This document shows, piece by piece, positions 23,161-33,446 of a DNA stretch of 37,612 bases. The stretch comes from Octopus bimaculoides (taxonomy: Eukaryota): the NCBI RefSeq assembly GCF_001194135.2, contig NC_068985.1:9121465-9159076 (forward strand). The letters run 5' to 3'. How positions within the stretch are numbered: the stretch's first letter is position 1; every line of letters starts with the position of its first letter. The position numbers and the translations under genes are program-made. The notes below the pieces were generated by a model. That model was not told where the DNA came from and searched no databases. It saw only the letters and a list, made by a program, of their open reading frames with translations.

Positions 23161-23931
23161 TCATATTAAGTAATGTTAAGCTGTGCTGTTTATTGTATTT
23201 TCAAACCTTGGCCAATTTCGTAAGAAAAGAAATGAGGTGGTATATTTATAATCTTCCGCATAGTAATACTTCAAACTGCTCAACATTTGAGTAAAGAGAT
23301 TGTTTAAATAATGTAGCCACGTCGTGTTACTATGTACAATTGTGTCTCTTCGATGTACAAAAATATGACAGCATACTTACAATAGTGTACGCCATCTCTG
23401 GATTTGTTTTCTTGTAACTTGCAATTAAATAGATATTTTTTTAAAGAAATTTTCTACAAATAATACCCAGATAGTGTAGATGATGATTAAATCCGAATTT
23501 CACGTGCAAAAGAATTGTTGAGCGCATACACGTAGTTACTAATGCCCACTGCGCATATCTGCAAAATGAAAATTGAAAATTTTGATAAAACTGTATGATG
23601 TGTGTCAGTATGTATGCCTGTGCTCCCACAATTTCTGGNNNNNNNNNNNNNNNNNNNNNNNNNNNNNNNNNNNNGGGGGGGTTAACGTTAAATTCTAATA
23701 TAATCATGATCCGCATGAACGACGTGATTACATTATTTAAACAATCTCTTTACTCAAATGTTAAGCAGTTTGAAGTATTACTTCACGGAAGATTATAAAT
23801 ATACTGCCTCATTTCTTTTCTTACGAAATTTGCCAAGGTTTGAAAATATGCATATGATTGTATTACAAAAACAAAACGGTTCTGACAAACAGCGCGTTTG
23901 CAGAACATAACACTTGTACGCCCAACTCTAG

Positions 23932-24310
23932 AAAAAGCGCAACCGTAAAGTCCTCTAGTTTGACGCCCCACTCCACTCACATTCTCACTGAACGGGTCAA
24001 GTAGTAAGGTCGTTCCTTAGATTAGTTGATAAGCATTTTACATTTGATCATAAGTATAGGAAAACATTCAAGAAACATTACTGAGCTATGCGCCTACGAT
24101 ACACAACAAGTTAGTGAAGATCTTAAGACCCCAAATTCGGACACGATATTTCTGTAGGACTTACAGTGGATGCCTAGTGAATGGTCAGTGTTCTATGAAG
24201 CAGAAACGGTGTCGTCTAAATAGAACGGAGCGACATGAAAAAAATAATAATTAGAAATACGTCGGTGCAACAAAGAGCACTTTTAAGACAAGATTGAATG
24301 ATCACGTTAA
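23932..24310 (+). mobile_element. Penelope-like element relic (Naiad-like linker and GIY-YIG endonuclease)
   Basis: One frame gives KKRNRKVL*FDAP...VVRSFLRLVDKHFTFDHKYRKTF (compare the PLE motif RxRKIIWFNPP...FLxLIDKHFPxxHKxxKIF), followed by CRTYSGCLVNGQC, a frameshifted NGVV* and YVGATKSTFKTRLNDH (GIY-YIG). Confidence 0.75.
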
Positions 24311-24589
24311 GGACTGGATGTGAATGTGGTTTTATGGGGCAGGGTGCTAGGAGAGGAGGAGGGAGAGAGAGAATGGATTATTTGATCGAAATTTTACATA
24401 GGTAAAAGCATAAATAGCATTTTCTAAATAAAATCTTTATTTTTGTCAGTCAGCAATAAACAACCAATACAAATCAGACGATATAAAAATTAATATTTAC
24501 TCAGCATATTTGCCAACAGACATGTTAACCTACTTTTGCTATTGCCAAACTGTTTAATGGAGTTTGATCCGTTATTCACATTAGATATC

Positions 24590-25213
24590 TTTTATCTTTT
24601 ACTTCTTGCAGTCATTAGACTGCGACCATGTTTGAGCACTGCCTTGAAGAACTGTAATCGATCAAATTGACCCCAGTACCTATTTTTTAAAGCCTGGTAC
24701 TTATTCCATTAATCTACAGGGTGATTCAAAAGTCTCCATACATAGGAAATTTTTTTTTTTTTTTAATAAGAAACAGGTTATAAGATCCCCTAGATCCCCT
24801 GATCTGACCCCTCTTGATTTCTATCTTTGGGGACATTTGAAAGGCATGGTGTATCACGGAAAGATACAAGACATAAATCATTTGAAGGAACGCATCACCA
24901 ACTCATTTGCACACGTATCACCAGATGTGCTATTACGAGTTCACAATGAGTTGGGATAAACGTATTGCAATGTGTATTCAAAACAATGGTAACCATATAA
25001 GAGCCTTATATAACCATATAGAGTTCTTATAAACTGTTTCTTATAAAAAAGATAAATTGTTCCTATATATGGCGACTTTTGAATCACCCTGTATTTCCTG
25101 AACTGCTGAGTTACCGAGATGTAAACACATCCAGTAACTTAACGGTTCAGCCAAAAAAAAAACCGGTGTGGGATTAGGGAAAAACATAGACACAAAGGGA
25201 CAAAGGGACACAC

Positions 25214-25254
<41 letters not shown>

Positions 25255-25432
25255 AATACAAATATATATACGGCGGGATTCTTTCAGTTTCAGTACTCCA
25301 GATCCAATCTCAAGGCTTTGGCTGACCTGAAGCTACAGTAAAAGACGTTTGCCCAAGATGTCATATGGCGGGATTGAACCTAAAACCTTGGGAGTAGAAA
25401 GAAAACTTCTTACCACACAGACACCTATGCCT
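24590..25432 (-). mobile_element. SINE family A split by a Tc1/mariner insertion
   Basis: The SINE 3' part at 24590-24714 and 5' part at 25094-25432 are collinear once 24717-25091 is removed. Confidence 0.75.
24717..25091 (+). mobile_element. Internally deleted Tc1/mariner-superfamily transposon
   Basis: TIRs CAGGGTGATTCAAAAGTC / GACTTTTGAATCACCCTG with TA on both sides. Encodes PRSPDLTPLDFYLWGHLKGMVY...HLKERI...(frameshift) WDKRIAMCIQNNGNHI. Confidence 0.9.
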
Positions 25433-25689
25433 ATATGTGGTCATTTTTTCTAACAGAACCCAGAGCTATTCTAGGTAATTATTTAGACGTTGAGTGGATT
25501 ATATATCCATAATTTTTACCATTATCATTCCCTTCTTTGTCAGAAAGATTTGGGGTTAAAGAACTTTAAAAAAGGGGTGGGGATCGCATTTATGCTCATT
25601 ACAATTTACGGGATTCGATCTAAAAGTCACAGCCTGCCCGAGTAATCGGAGTATATTTGCTTGCCATGGTCTGCACGGTTTATGCCTCA

Positions 25690-25850
25690 ACCTCAGCAAA
25701 GGCTTCATCGCTCCTGAAGGAGAAATCCCTTCCTGGATTCCGGCCAGTCGCGGTCTTGTAGGCCCGAGATAGCTGCTGAGATCATCACGCCATCTCGTCT
25801 TTGATCGGCCTCTTCACCTTGTTCGTTGTTTTGGTGTCCATCTGTTGTGT
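25690..25850 (-). mobile_element. RTE-like LINE 3' coding fragment
   Basis: The minus strand gives WTPKQRTR*RGRSKTRWRDDLSSYLG, the typical RGRPxxRWxDD tail. Confidence 0.6.
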
Positions 25851-26124
25851 GCTTGGGTGTGTGTGTGTTCGTGTGCATGTGTGTATTATGTGTGTATGTG
25901 TATGTTTCTATATATGTGTATGCATATATCATTATGTAAGACTAGTAAAATATACTAAATATGTATTTTATGCAGTGCAAATGTCTGGTGTAGAACTCAA
26001 TACGTGAAATAAGCCGAGTCTGAAGAAAGATTGAGTAGGCTTACACATACACACAAATATATGCATATATACATACACAAATACACACACATATACATGC
26101 AAGCCAGCTCAAGTGCGAGGTTTG

Positions 26125-26265
26125 CACCATTGCAGCGCGTTGCTTCATTCATCATTTGTCGGTATATTTCCGGGTCCTCCCGGGTGACCAGTCGAGCGGA
26201 GTCCCATCCAGGTCCCATCTCCGCGAGATAACTCCTCATCTGCCGTGACCAAGTGGCATGTGGTG
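26125..26265 (-). mobile_element. Possible LINE C-terminal fragment
   Basis: GC-rich island translating as QMRSYLAEMGPGWDSARLVTREDPEIYRQMMNEATRC; resembles retroelement ORF2 tails, but there is no diagnostic motif. Confidence 0.3.
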
Positions 26266-26650
26266 AGAAATCTTATAAATACAGACTGGCCTAAACATCA
26301 CTAGAGCATTTCAAAATATAATAATATGTTTATTCAATATTCGCATTTGTTCTTCTATAAACAATAAATGTACCTCTTACGAAACACGTTTAATTTGTTT
26401 AGAAAATTACTTTCTTCAAATGGCCACCATTTTATTCTTGACAATTGAAAACAATTAATTGTAAAAAAATGTGATTTGGGAGCCACCCTAAATATATACG
26501 TGTGTGTATATGTGCGTGTGTGTGTGTGTGTGTGTGCGTGTGTGCATGTGCGTAGTGAGAGAGAGAGAATACATAAGCATGTATACAACGTGTACTATTA
26601 TAACAGATGTTTCTTATCTCTGAGGCCAAAAACTATGAAGGGTAAAAGTA

Positions 26651-27208
26651 CATGGGGGTACCCAAAAGAAACTGAAATGCTGCAATATTATTTTATTCAT
26701 TTACTTTTACATGTTTATACTTTTATCGCCTTCAAATTATTCTTCGTTTGAAGCAATGCGTCGACCCAAACGCGTTTTCCATTGTTCGAAGCACTGCTGG
26801 AACTCTTGCGAAGTGGTGCCGTTTAACAACTTTTCCCCTTTTTAAAATTCCGTAGCACCAGCTTCCGTCGGCAGTGATGGCCTTCGAAAAAAGGTCCGGA
26901 TCAACTTCCAACTGTTCTTTCACTTCACAGCACTCATTCAGTCGTGGCTGATTTTGATCTTCCGTGAGCAAGCGAGGCACAAATTTTGCTACAACTCTTT
27001 TCATTCGCAATTCCTGGCTCAGAATTTGTTGGCAGATGCTCCAGGACACCTCAGTCATATCAACAAGTTCGTCAATTGTTCGGTGACGGTCCTTCATGAA
27101 TTTTCATGATGTTTTCATTGGTTCGGGAGGTCGACGGTCGTCCTGAACTGAGTTGGTCTTCTTCAAGCGACAAGTGAGCATTCATAAAGCGTGGAAACCA
27201 CTTGTAAT
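26651..27208 (-). mobile_element. Mariner transposase relic (irritans-like), internally deleted and truncated by a gap
   Basis: ORF 26732-27097 contains RTIDELVDM...QELRMKRVVAKFVPRLLTEDQ...FSKAITADGSWCYG. Upstream reads YKWFPRF...GRPSTSRTNEN and downstream QEFQQCFEQWKTRL...FEGD. The end near TA-CATGGGGGTACCCAAAAG is TIR-like. Confidence 0.85.
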
Positions 27209-27375
27209 NNNNNNNNNNNNNNNNNNNNNNNNNNNNNNNNNNNNNNNNNNNNNNNNNNNNNNNNNNNNNNNNNNNNNNNNNNNNNNNNNNNNNNNNNNNN
27301 NNNNNNNNNNNNNNNNNNNNNNNNNNNNNNNNNNNNNNNNNNNNNNNNNNNNNNNNNNNNNNNNNNNNNNNNNNN

Positions 27376-27409
<34 letters not shown>

Positions 27410-28881
27410 ATTGTGGTTGTATGTATATATATGCATGTAGGTTATATATTTTGTTCCTCGGAACTTTCTAACGGAAGCAAAAATAAATGAAGAAAAAAGT
27501 ATGATCGTTTCAACCCATTGCGATAAAGAGTTATTTCTCATTTGTCAGCATCCACCGAGCTTTCGTTTTACTGCCTGGCCCTCAATAGGTTATTAGAAGG
27601 AACCCTATTATTTATAAAAAATAGTCAATTTATGAAACTTTCAGTAACGCTAATCTTAATCTTAATCTTACGTCCGCGTAATTTCTTGATTTTTTTTTTT
27701 TTTTTTTGGTAGGTGGGGGTTAAGTATAGGACAATCTTCCATACAGTGTCAGTCCACCAGTCACAGGCAATTGCACATCCGACCTTACTGTCGGAGACAC
27801 ATGCCGAAAGGCTCGGAACCACGATGTCGTCAAGTCAATTTCTTACACACACGGTTCGCTACATCCAGCAGTGAATTTCTAGTGGTTAGGACAGTAGTTA
27901 CATCGTAGCCCGAGTTCGATTTCTGATTCACAGTATCTGAATATACAACCAGTTTGGAAAAAATAAAAGAGAAAGAAAAAAGAAAAAGAAAAAACTTTGC
28001 AGTATTTACTCTGCTTTTTAGGTTCTAAGAGCAACTTTTGTCCAGACTGACATGACCTTTAGTCCCCCACGGTTTATAACGTCACCAATTGTAAACTGAA
28101 CATTTTTTAGTCGACTACAACTTTCACATACAAATAAAAATGTATTACGCTTATGAGAAAAAAAATCGTTTTTATCACAACAAAAGTGGAGAGCATAATA
28201 GTTAGAAGCCATTGATTATGACCCGTTTTCAATTCTTCCTTTAAACCAGTTATTTTACCTCAAGCTAAATCGCTGACGTTTTGTAGTGAGGACATTTTTA
28301 TTTTATTGCGTCTTTACAATAACTCCTTTTTTTCCGTCCGACTTGTCAAATTCAAAATGAATATTTTGATTATACTGTCACACATCCGCCGCCTTTCGTT
28401 TCTCATTACTCATAAGACAAGCAACGTAGCCTCGAACGGACCAATAACTTAGGGTTGGAATTCAAAAGACGGAAATTGTACGGAAGCTTTTCGTTTGGTG
28501 TGTCAAATAGAATACGGTGCAATATCTTCTCTAGTTCTTTTTGCTTTAATCTGAGATCACACATAGATCAACTTGACCTTCTATTATTTCAGGATTAATA
28601 AAGCAAAAAATATCTCTCCTACCAGCTGTGACAACGTACATGTTCTTCTGGGTCAAGGACGGTACTAGCAAGTGAATATCTGAATTTTCTCGCAGCTACA
28701 TAGGTTACCTAAAAACAATTAGCGTAGTCATGTGGTATAGTAATACCAAGTCATTCCCAATTACGAGTAATGTATATATATATACACACAGATAAGCTAA
28801 GAGAAGAAATGGAGTAACATTTAACAATTAGAAGTTGATCATTAGTATTGAATGATCATAGTTGAATTATGGTTAAGATAA

Positions 28882-28961
28882 TATTTACAGCTGTTTCAGT
28901 TTGTTATTTTTGAGGTAAACTTGCGTTTATCTCGTTCCATGTAACAAACATCATCAGAATG
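28882..28961 (-). ncRNA. Type-I hammerhead ribozyme motif with extended stem II
   Basis: Minus strand reads CATT-CTGATGA-T-GTTTGTTA-[...GAGATAAAC-GCAA-GTTTACCTC...]-TAACAAAC-T-GAAAC-AGCT-GT-A-AATA: intact core, 8-bp stem II, GNRA-capped hairpin, palindromic stem III ACAGCTGT and a GUA site. Confidence 0.65.
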
Positions 28962-29049
28962 AGTCGAACTTTACCAGAGAAATATTTTTTCCTTTTTTCT
29001 CCGGTCAACCGTCGATCTCCTGTCAATATTCCTCTGGTAAACTTCTAAT

Positions 29050-29129
29050 CATTTTGATGATGTTTGTTGCATGAAATGAGATAAACGCAAATTTATCTCA
29101 AAAATAACAAGCTGAAGCAGCTGGAAATG
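29050..29129 (+). ncRNA. Mirror-copy hammerhead motif, core-mutated
   Basis: CATT-TTGATGA-T-GTTTGTTG...TAACAAGC-T-GAAGC-AGCT-GGA-AATG; carries C3U, A15.1G and U16.1G, so it is probably inactive. Confidence 0.5.
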
Positions 29130-29361
29130 TTATCTTAATTATAATTAAACCGTGATCATTCAGTACTAAGTATCAACTTCTAATTGTTACATGTTGCTTC
29201 ATTTCTTCTCTTATCTTATCTGAATATATTATACCACGGTGTACCCTTAAATTACCAACTACTGTTAACCTTACAGCAAGACATTAGTTAGGTAACGCAC
29301 CAGTAGTGCCTACAGATACACTTATCCCTAAGACGGTTGCATAACCTCTAACTCATAATTT

Positions 29362-29405
<44 letters not shown>

Positions 29406-30287
29406 TGTATACTTATATACGGTATAGCCGAGTACATCTCCTCTGAGGAGCGGTTAGCAAAACGGGAAATGTCCGTTAGGAGACTCCCCAACTCTTTTAT
29501 CCTGTACATAGTTAACATAGAAAGAATGTTTTACGTTCTTATTTAACCCACAGTGAATCTTTATAATACTTAAATTTGTTCGTCTGATTTACGCTGTGTT
29601 GTGCATAATATAATATATGTTGTTTAATTAATGACAAACTGTCAAAACTTACAGATATGCTAATAAGGCTGTCCTTCACGGCACCAGCGCTATAAAAAAG
29701 ACAAATAATTTATGCTATTAATTGGGGAGGGAAGTCGGCAACATTTTCACTAAGGAGCTATCTACAAATCAAGAAACGGTCTGGCAGGAGACACATCTCC
29801 CTTTTTTCCACACATCACGAACAATTTTTTTAAATTTTATTTTGTCCACAGAGATACTTTATAACGTGTGTGTGTGTGTGTCTGTCTGTATGTGTGTGCG
29901 TGTATGTGTGTACATACGCACACGCACACACACACACACACACAAATAAAGTTAAGACAACAGAATGGTTAAAAAATAGTTATAGAAGGATTCTGTTCTA
30001 TTTGAGTCACTGTGCATCCTTCCATCTTTTCTCTGCAAAGGTTTCAGTTTGATCGAGGAGTTATCATCCTTTGATGCGGTATTCTCAGTCACCCAAAATC
30101 AACCACTAAAATGTGTAGTACTCAATACAAAATACAAGTGTAGTTTCATACTTTTATAGAATACTTCGCTCGACGATCGAAAATCAGTCCTGATCAAAAT
30201 TATCGTAGTGCGAATAGCAAACATTGGTGCTTTGTTGAACCACTATAATAAAATAAATATATACAAATTATAATAATAAAGAATATA

Positions 30288-30371
30288 CAGTACTGTTACT
30301 ACTTCACGGATTTTCACCTGTCGCGGGGTGGGGGTTGGAACGTAACACCCCCGGTAGTCGAGAGATTACTG
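30288..30371. mobile_element. Short Tigger/pogo-like MITE remnant
   Basis: TA-CAGTA...TACTG-TA ends and internal cggattttcacctgtcgcgggg...acccc; the TIR match is only 5 bp. Confidence 0.3.
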
Positions 30372-30464
30372 TATTTATATAAATAAATATTAGGAATTGT
30401 ATAAAAACAATCGTTAAAATAATTTGTGCATTGTAGAAGTACAACTTATTTATTCCAGTTCTAT

Positions 30465-30527
30465 ATTTAAGTGGTTAACAGCGCGGGTGACTAACCCCAA
30501 GATTCCGAGTTCGATTCCAGGCAGTGA

Positions 30528-30569
<42 letters not shown>

Positions 30570-30720
30570 CAACAACATCGAAAATTACCAAAGGAATGAG
30601 AACCCAAGTTCAAAATTTCCCCAAGACACCTGATGAAGGCTGGAAGGTATATCAGCCGAAACGTTGTGTTAACAACAAACAAGATGAGGACAAATATCCG
30701 TCAAATGTAAATAATGTAAA
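30465..30720 (+). mobile_element. tRNA-headed SINE-like element with (AAT)n linker and hammerhead-containing tail
   Basis: Box A-like agtggttaac (30470), box B gagttcgattcc (30507-30518), (AAT)n/(AAC)n at 30532-30577 and a hammerhead at 30625-30670. Confidence 0.6.
30625..30670 (+). ncRNA. Minimal type-I hammerhead ribozyme (Penelope-type)
   Basis: GACAC-CTGATGA-A-GGCTG-gaaggtatat-CAGCC-GAAAC-GT-T-GTGTT: intact core, 5-bp stem II, palindromic ACGT stem III, 5-bp stem I with one G.U pair and a GUU triplet. Confidence 0.7.
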
Positions 30721-31589
30721 CAACTAATCTATTGCAGGTAAATTTTAACAGCAAAACCTTAAATGAACCTACAACGGTCATATGGGACCCCGATTGAGAG
30801 TCACTGAATCCTACACCGTTCTTGATTGAGCAGACCTGTGATTGAAAGCATTCCAGTCGTGACCATCCCGTATCTTATTAAACAGTTTATCGAGAAGAAT
30901 ATTATGCCACGTCTCTTTTCAGCACTCTAACACAACAGCGTGTGGTGATATGATAGGAGATTTAGCTGTTATTTCAAGCACGTCGAGTGACTATGTAGCG
31001 ATTCCTTATCAGTTTGTGATGTTGGTGTATAGTTGCTATGGAAACGCTACCTTAACGTTTCATTATCAGACTGTCCTATTAACCTAAAATTTGATAATTC
31101 CAAAGTTCCGGTTTCATATAATGCTTACAGTACATCAATGCAGGGACGAAATTTGCTTAGTGAGGTGCAGTCATAGGCCGAAACCGGAATGTTAAAAGCG
31201 TTTTCCATTGCTCCCCCAACGCCTCCCAAGAATGTTAGGGGTTGCACTTGCACCCCCTACATCCCCTTTTCCTAACCTTATGTTACAATATTAACCTTTC
31301 CACGAATATTAGCCCTAAAACTGCAGCAGTGAGAGTCTTATGATCAAATCCAATCGAATTCAATTTAACTTTTGCTACCAGATAAAAAATAGTTCTAAAT
31401 CGTGCAAGCATGGGAGGTTTTTCGATCTGCTAGAAAGAGCGACAAAATATAACATCCTTCATTCTGCCGTAACAAAAAAGGGTAAACATTCAACATCTAA
31501 AAATGCAGTCGTAGGAGCATGAGGGGAATTGGTCACAGCTGGATCACCCTTGGTTACAGATCTATTCGATTAGAGAGAAAACGAGGTTG

Positions 31590-31737
31590 CAAAGTCTCCC
31601 AAATTCATGGCTCAAACACGGGTCGGTTTGAGGTTGCAGCTGGAGACACTTGCTCAAGATGCCGCGCTGTGGGGTTGAACCCGAAACCACGTGGTTACAA
31701 AGCGAATTTGTTAACCATTCAGCCATGCCTGCACCTA
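31590..31737 (-). mobile_element. SINE family A, 5' fragment
   Basis: gagacacttgctcaagatgccgcgc...gaacccgaaaccacgtgg...cagccatgcctgcacct. Confidence 0.65.
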
Positions 31738-31794
31738 ATGGTTGGTGTCTTATTAAAATAAAATGTACATGGAGGGCGACAACGGGGAATTCCA

Positions 31795-31900
31795 TGCGCA
31801 TTCACCGGTACAAATTCCATGGTAAACACATAGAGCTTGTCAAAGAATTCATTAGGGGTCGTTCTTCGATACATGGAAAAAAGGCAAAATTGCGTTGCGT
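31795..31900 (+). mobile_element. Possible degenerate LINE reverse-transcriptase fragment
   Basis: YKFHGKHIELVKEFI followed, after a frameshift, by GSFF resembles the RT motif GxxIExVxEFxYLGS. Confidence 0.35.
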
Positions 31901-32324
31901 GACGAGAAGAGCAATCAAGAAATATGTATAAAGGAACAGAGTAAAAATATAAATGGAACAAGTGGAATCTGTGAAGAATTTCATCCATTGAAACATTTCC
32001 ATCGATTAGGTTAAGATCGATCTTAACCACGGTGAATAGAAGAACGAACTTGAATCTGGTTGGATTTGAACTCAGAAACTAATAAACACCACATATTTAT
32101 TCGTTTTTCTTTTTATCCAATACGCTAACAAATCAGCCACCGTCACTTCGTAGACTGTTTAATTGAATGACACCCGTATGCTGCAGTCATGTGTTCGATT
32201 CTCTTATAGTCACACACATGTGGTATATTAATGCCGTAGCGAAGAGGATAAGATGTTCTTCAACTGTTGAATACCTTGGAACTGGAATAAGCTCCAACAT
32301 TTGACACATTCTAAAAATCATCAC

Positions 32325-32545
32325 AGATGTGGCTGTGTTGTAAAAAGCTTGCTTCCCAATCATTGTGTGTGTGTGTGTGTGTGCTTGACAACCGGTGCTG
32401 GTGTGTTTTATGTCCCCGTAATTACGTGGTTCGGTTAAAATGACTGATGGAATAGGTACCAGGCTTTAAAGAATAAATATTGCGTCGATTCATTCGACTA
32501 AGATTTCCCAAGACGGTGCCCCAGTATGGCCGCAGTCTGATAACT
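32325..32545 (+). mobile_element. SINE family A, internally deleted and diverged
   Basis: Head gtggctgtgttgtaaaaagcttgcttcccaatc is joined via (TG)n to cttgacaaccggtgctggtgtg...ggccgcagtc. Confidence 0.7.
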
Positions 32546-33041
32546 TGTAAAAGAAGAGATAAAATGGAAAATGATAAATTAGAAAAAAACATTAAAGAAA
32601 TACCAGTGCTGAGAAAGATTTGTTTCTAATGAAAACCAGTTGGGACAGAAGGGTATAGCGTTACATGTGTTTTATTGGCTTTGAAATATATTCACGTGCA
32701 AGATAAGTACAAATTCGGAAAGAATGTACCAGAAAAAGAAGATAACAACTCAGGGAGGAGAAAAAAATGCTGTAGAAATTTTGGTACGATTTATTTGATT
32801 TTACAGACGATTCGATTTCGCGAGTAGAAATTAAATTTGGAGATAAGGCGACTGGTAATAAGGCTTCTTCTTCTTTTTATTGTCTTAGATCCTTATTATG
32901 CAGGAGGATATTTGTGAAAGACAGACCCAACTCAAAATAATGGAAATTTCGTTAGATGCGCTTTTAGATTTTATGAAGTTGTTTGTCTTGGCGAAAGTAA
33001 AATATCTCCTACCTTTGAGATTACCACTTACAGAAATTTAT

Positions 33042-33446
33042 TGGCGCAGGAGTGGCTGTGTGGTAAGTAGCTTGCTTTCCAACCACATGGTTCCCGGTTC
33101 AGTCCCCTGCGTGGCACCTTGGGCAAGTGTCTTCTACTATAGCCTCGGGCCAACCAAAGCCTTGCGAGTGGATTTGGTAGACGGAAACTGAAAGAAGCCC
33201 GTCGTATATATGTATATGTATATATGTATGTGTGTTTGCTGTCTGTGTTTGTTTCCTCAACATCGCTTGACAACCGATGCTGGTGTGTTTACGTCCCCGT
33301 AACAATAGCGCTTCGGAAAAAGAGACCGATAGAATAAGTACTAGGCTTACAAAGAATAAGTCCCTGGGTCGATTAGCTCGGCTAAAGGCGGTGCTCCAGC
33401 ATAGCCGCAGTCAAATGACTGAAACAAGTAAAAGAGTAAAAAAGTA
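33042..33446 (+). mobile_element. tRNA-derived SINE, family A (best-preserved copy)
   Basis: ggcgcaggagtggctgtgtggtaag...ggttcagtccc (tRNA-like boxes), the core, internal microsatellite and gtaaaagagtaaaa tail. Confidence 0.9.

Larger units (their letters stand above)
28789..29222. repeat. 434-bp foldback with ~195-bp arms, each containing a hammerhead-like motif
   Basis: cagataagctaagagaagaaatggagtaacatttaacaattagaagttg...ttaccagagaaatat is mirrored by atattcctctggtaa...caacttctaattgttacatgttgcttcatttcttctcttatcttatctg. Confidence 0.9.

Noticed and set aside
28615-28650. ccagctgtgacaac as a candidate SDR exon 2 start
   Set aside because: The phase is wrong for the split Gly codon and there is no GxG motif downstream.
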